Shown in pieces: positions 33,524-34,828 of a DNA stretch of 34,828 nt. Positions within the stretch are counted from its first letter, which is position 1, and each line of letters begins with the position of its first letter. The notes beneath the pieces are model-generated. The model saw nothing but the letters and a program-made list of their open reading frames with translations. It was not told the origin of the DNA and did no database searches. A program made the position numbers and the translations under genes. The DNA comes from a virus (Duplodnaviria; Caudoviricetes), in IMG/VR virus record IMGVR_UViG_3300034815_000019, positions 1-34,828 of that record. The stretch is one strand, 5' to 3'.

Positions 33524-33552
33524 AGGTTACTAAATTTTTTAGTAATTGTCAA
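33524..33552 (-). promoter_or_regulatory. Late promoter (pR'-like) with palindromic spacer
   Basis: TTGACA, 17 bp, TAACCT; TTACTAAA-AAA-TTTAGTAA inverted repeat. Confidence 0.65.
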
Positions 33553-33579
33553 TCAAATCAATATTCCATTTCGTTTTAG

Positions 33580-34335
33580 TTACAATAGAAATCCGCTTTT
33601 CCTCATAAAATCTATTGGATGGTCGGTATGTTTTCTCATATTACATACCGCTCTTAGTAGCTGAATATTATCATCGGTATTTGACCCGCCAAGTGATAGC
33701 GGCACGATATGATCCATATGGTAATCAGATCCAAGTGCGTGTAGGCAACACGGACATTTACCTTTTTGAAGCTTAAAAAGCTTTTCTGCTAGTCCGTGAG
33801 AAAGAATGCCGTTGCTTTCTTTTTTCCTGGCCCTTCTGTTTTGATTATTTATTATCACTCGATCAGGATTATTTTCCCTCCATCTATTTGTTCTTTTTAT
33901 GGCCGACTCTGGATTTTTACGCCGCCACTCCGTCTTAGTAGCCCTGCGCTTATCTGGGTTTTCTTTGGCCCACTTTGAGGATCGATCTTTAAACTTTTGT
34001 GGGTTCTTTAAATACCTTATGGCAACCGCATCCCTTATCTTTTCCTTGTTTTCAACGTAACGTTTTGCCGCAGATATTCGCACCTTTTCTTTATTTTCTT
34101 TTACATATTTTGCGCTATATATTTTCGAGCACTCTGGACAATTTATTTTACTAAACTCCGCCCCACATTTAATGCATGTTTTTGTTTCTGCACAATCTTT
34201 TATCAACAAATAACGCTTCGCGTCTCTTTGCTTGGTGCATACCTTACAGGCGCTATTCAAACCGTCTGCTGATAATGCTCGTTTATTAAATTCGTGGATT
34301 GGCTTGCTGATCTTGCAATTAGAGCAAGTTTTCAT
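33580..34335 (-). CDS. HNH homing endonuclease
   Basis: MKTCSNC start; CPCC...HMDHIVPLSLGGSNTDDNIQLL...CNMRK; AT-rich. Confidence 0.9.
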   Translation of the reverse strand: MKTCSNCKISKPIHEFNKRALSADGLNSACKVCTKQRDAKRYLLIKDCAETKTCIKCGAEFSKINCPECSKIYSAKYVKENKEKVRISAAKRYVENKEKIRDAVAIRYLKNPQKFKDRSSKWAKENPDKRRATKTEWRRKNPESAIKRTNRWRENNPDRVIINNQNRRARKKESNGILSHGLAEKLFKLQKGKCPCCLHALGSDYHMDHIVPLSLGGSNTDDNIQLLRAVCNMRKHTDHPIDFMRKSGFLL

Positions 34336-34364
34336 GATGTGTCCTAACCGACATTGAGTGAGTG

Positions 34365-34420
34365 TGTCGGCTATCTGGTGAGTTAGCACCTTCAACTTGC
34401 GCGCTCTCCAGCGACCGACA
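34365..34420 (-). ncRNA. C4-antisense-like structured leader upstream of HNH copy 2
   Basis: TGTCGG/CCGACA closing stem, two hairpins, loop CTAAC complementary to GTTAG (34348-34344) at the RBS; TAAAAT upstream. Confidence 0.5.
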
Positions 34421-34440
34421 ATTCAATTTTACTACTAAAG

Positions 34441-34785
34441 TTAGAGCAAAACACCTTTTCTTTTCAGTGACAAAATCAACATATCATGGGCATCATCTAA
34501 TGCTTGTTGGTAGGTATAATTAGCCCTTGGAAATCTCCATACACCACACAATTCATAATTTCGATAAATCGCCGCCTTGTTGATCGGCGGGAGGCTGTCT
34601 ACGCTACCGTCTACCGCCCTCATTGCCACGCTGTCTACCTGCTCTAGCAGTTCCTCAAATGTGCTGCTGCCCATCCCTGTTGAGAATATTGGAACCCTTG
34701 AATTGAACCCTATGCGCGGATCGTGTCTCATCCATTCAGACCAGTCTGTTAGCAAATTTTCGACCCTTTTATGGAAATCACACAT
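34441..34785 (-). CDS. Putative Q-like late antiterminator
   Basis: LLTDWSEWMR...AVDGSVDSLP...AAIYRNY pattern; located upstream of the late promoter and terminators. Confidence 0.7.
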   Translation of the reverse strand: MCDFHKRVENLLTDWSEWMRHDPRIGFNSRVPIFSTGMGSSTFEELLEQVDSVAMRAVDGSVDSLPPINKAAIYRNYELCGVWRFPRANYTYQQALDDAHDMLILSLKRKGVLL

Positions 34786-34828
34786 AAATTCACCTTTTCA
34801 CAATTATTATTTTCAGCGCAATATTTGC

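Larger units (their letters stand above)
1..34828. mobile_element. Tailed bacteriophage genome segment (P22/Sf6-like podovirus organisation)
   Basis: Syntenic TerS-TerL-portal-scaffold-capsid-adaptor-hub-ejection-fibre module, lysis genes, Q-like gene, ERF/Gp157, helicase/Toprim; no tape measure and no host housekeeping genes. Confidence 0.95.

Noticed and set aside
1-34828. An integron integrase or other tyrosine/serine recombinase
   Set aside because: I found no ORF with the R...HxxRH...Y signature or a serine recombinase motif in the track.

Overview
A large part of a tailed-phage genome with P22/Sf6-like podovirus organisation. From right to left on the - strand: Q-like antiterminator, HNH gene, late promoter, beta-helix protein, lysis genes, terminase, portal, scaffold, capsid, tail hub/adaptor, ejection proteins and tail fibre. 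A short + strand early operon carries ERF and Gp157. A divergent promoter pair with a single Cro-like gene then drives a leftward replication operon (ParB-like, helicase, Toprim). No integrase, CI repressor or integron integrase is visible. The standout feature is 582-4529, a tandem array of 12 integron attC-type sites (59-123 bp) delimiting 11 complete cassettes. In every cassette the R'' box is complementary to the G|TTRRRY at that cassette's own start, as expected for cassettes integrated by recombination. The cargo is phage-type accessory genes (Mom-like DNA modifier, NinX-like, Zn-ribbon proteins) plus one ORF-less cassette with a tRNA-like fold. All cassette ORFs are inverted relative to canonical integron cassettes and are read from a consensus sigma70 promoter and RHH gene beyond the distal end of the array. 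Several ORFs start inside attC loops or take their C-terminus from the neighbouring cassette's attC. All product calls come from motif recognition by eye; no database searches or folding programs were run.
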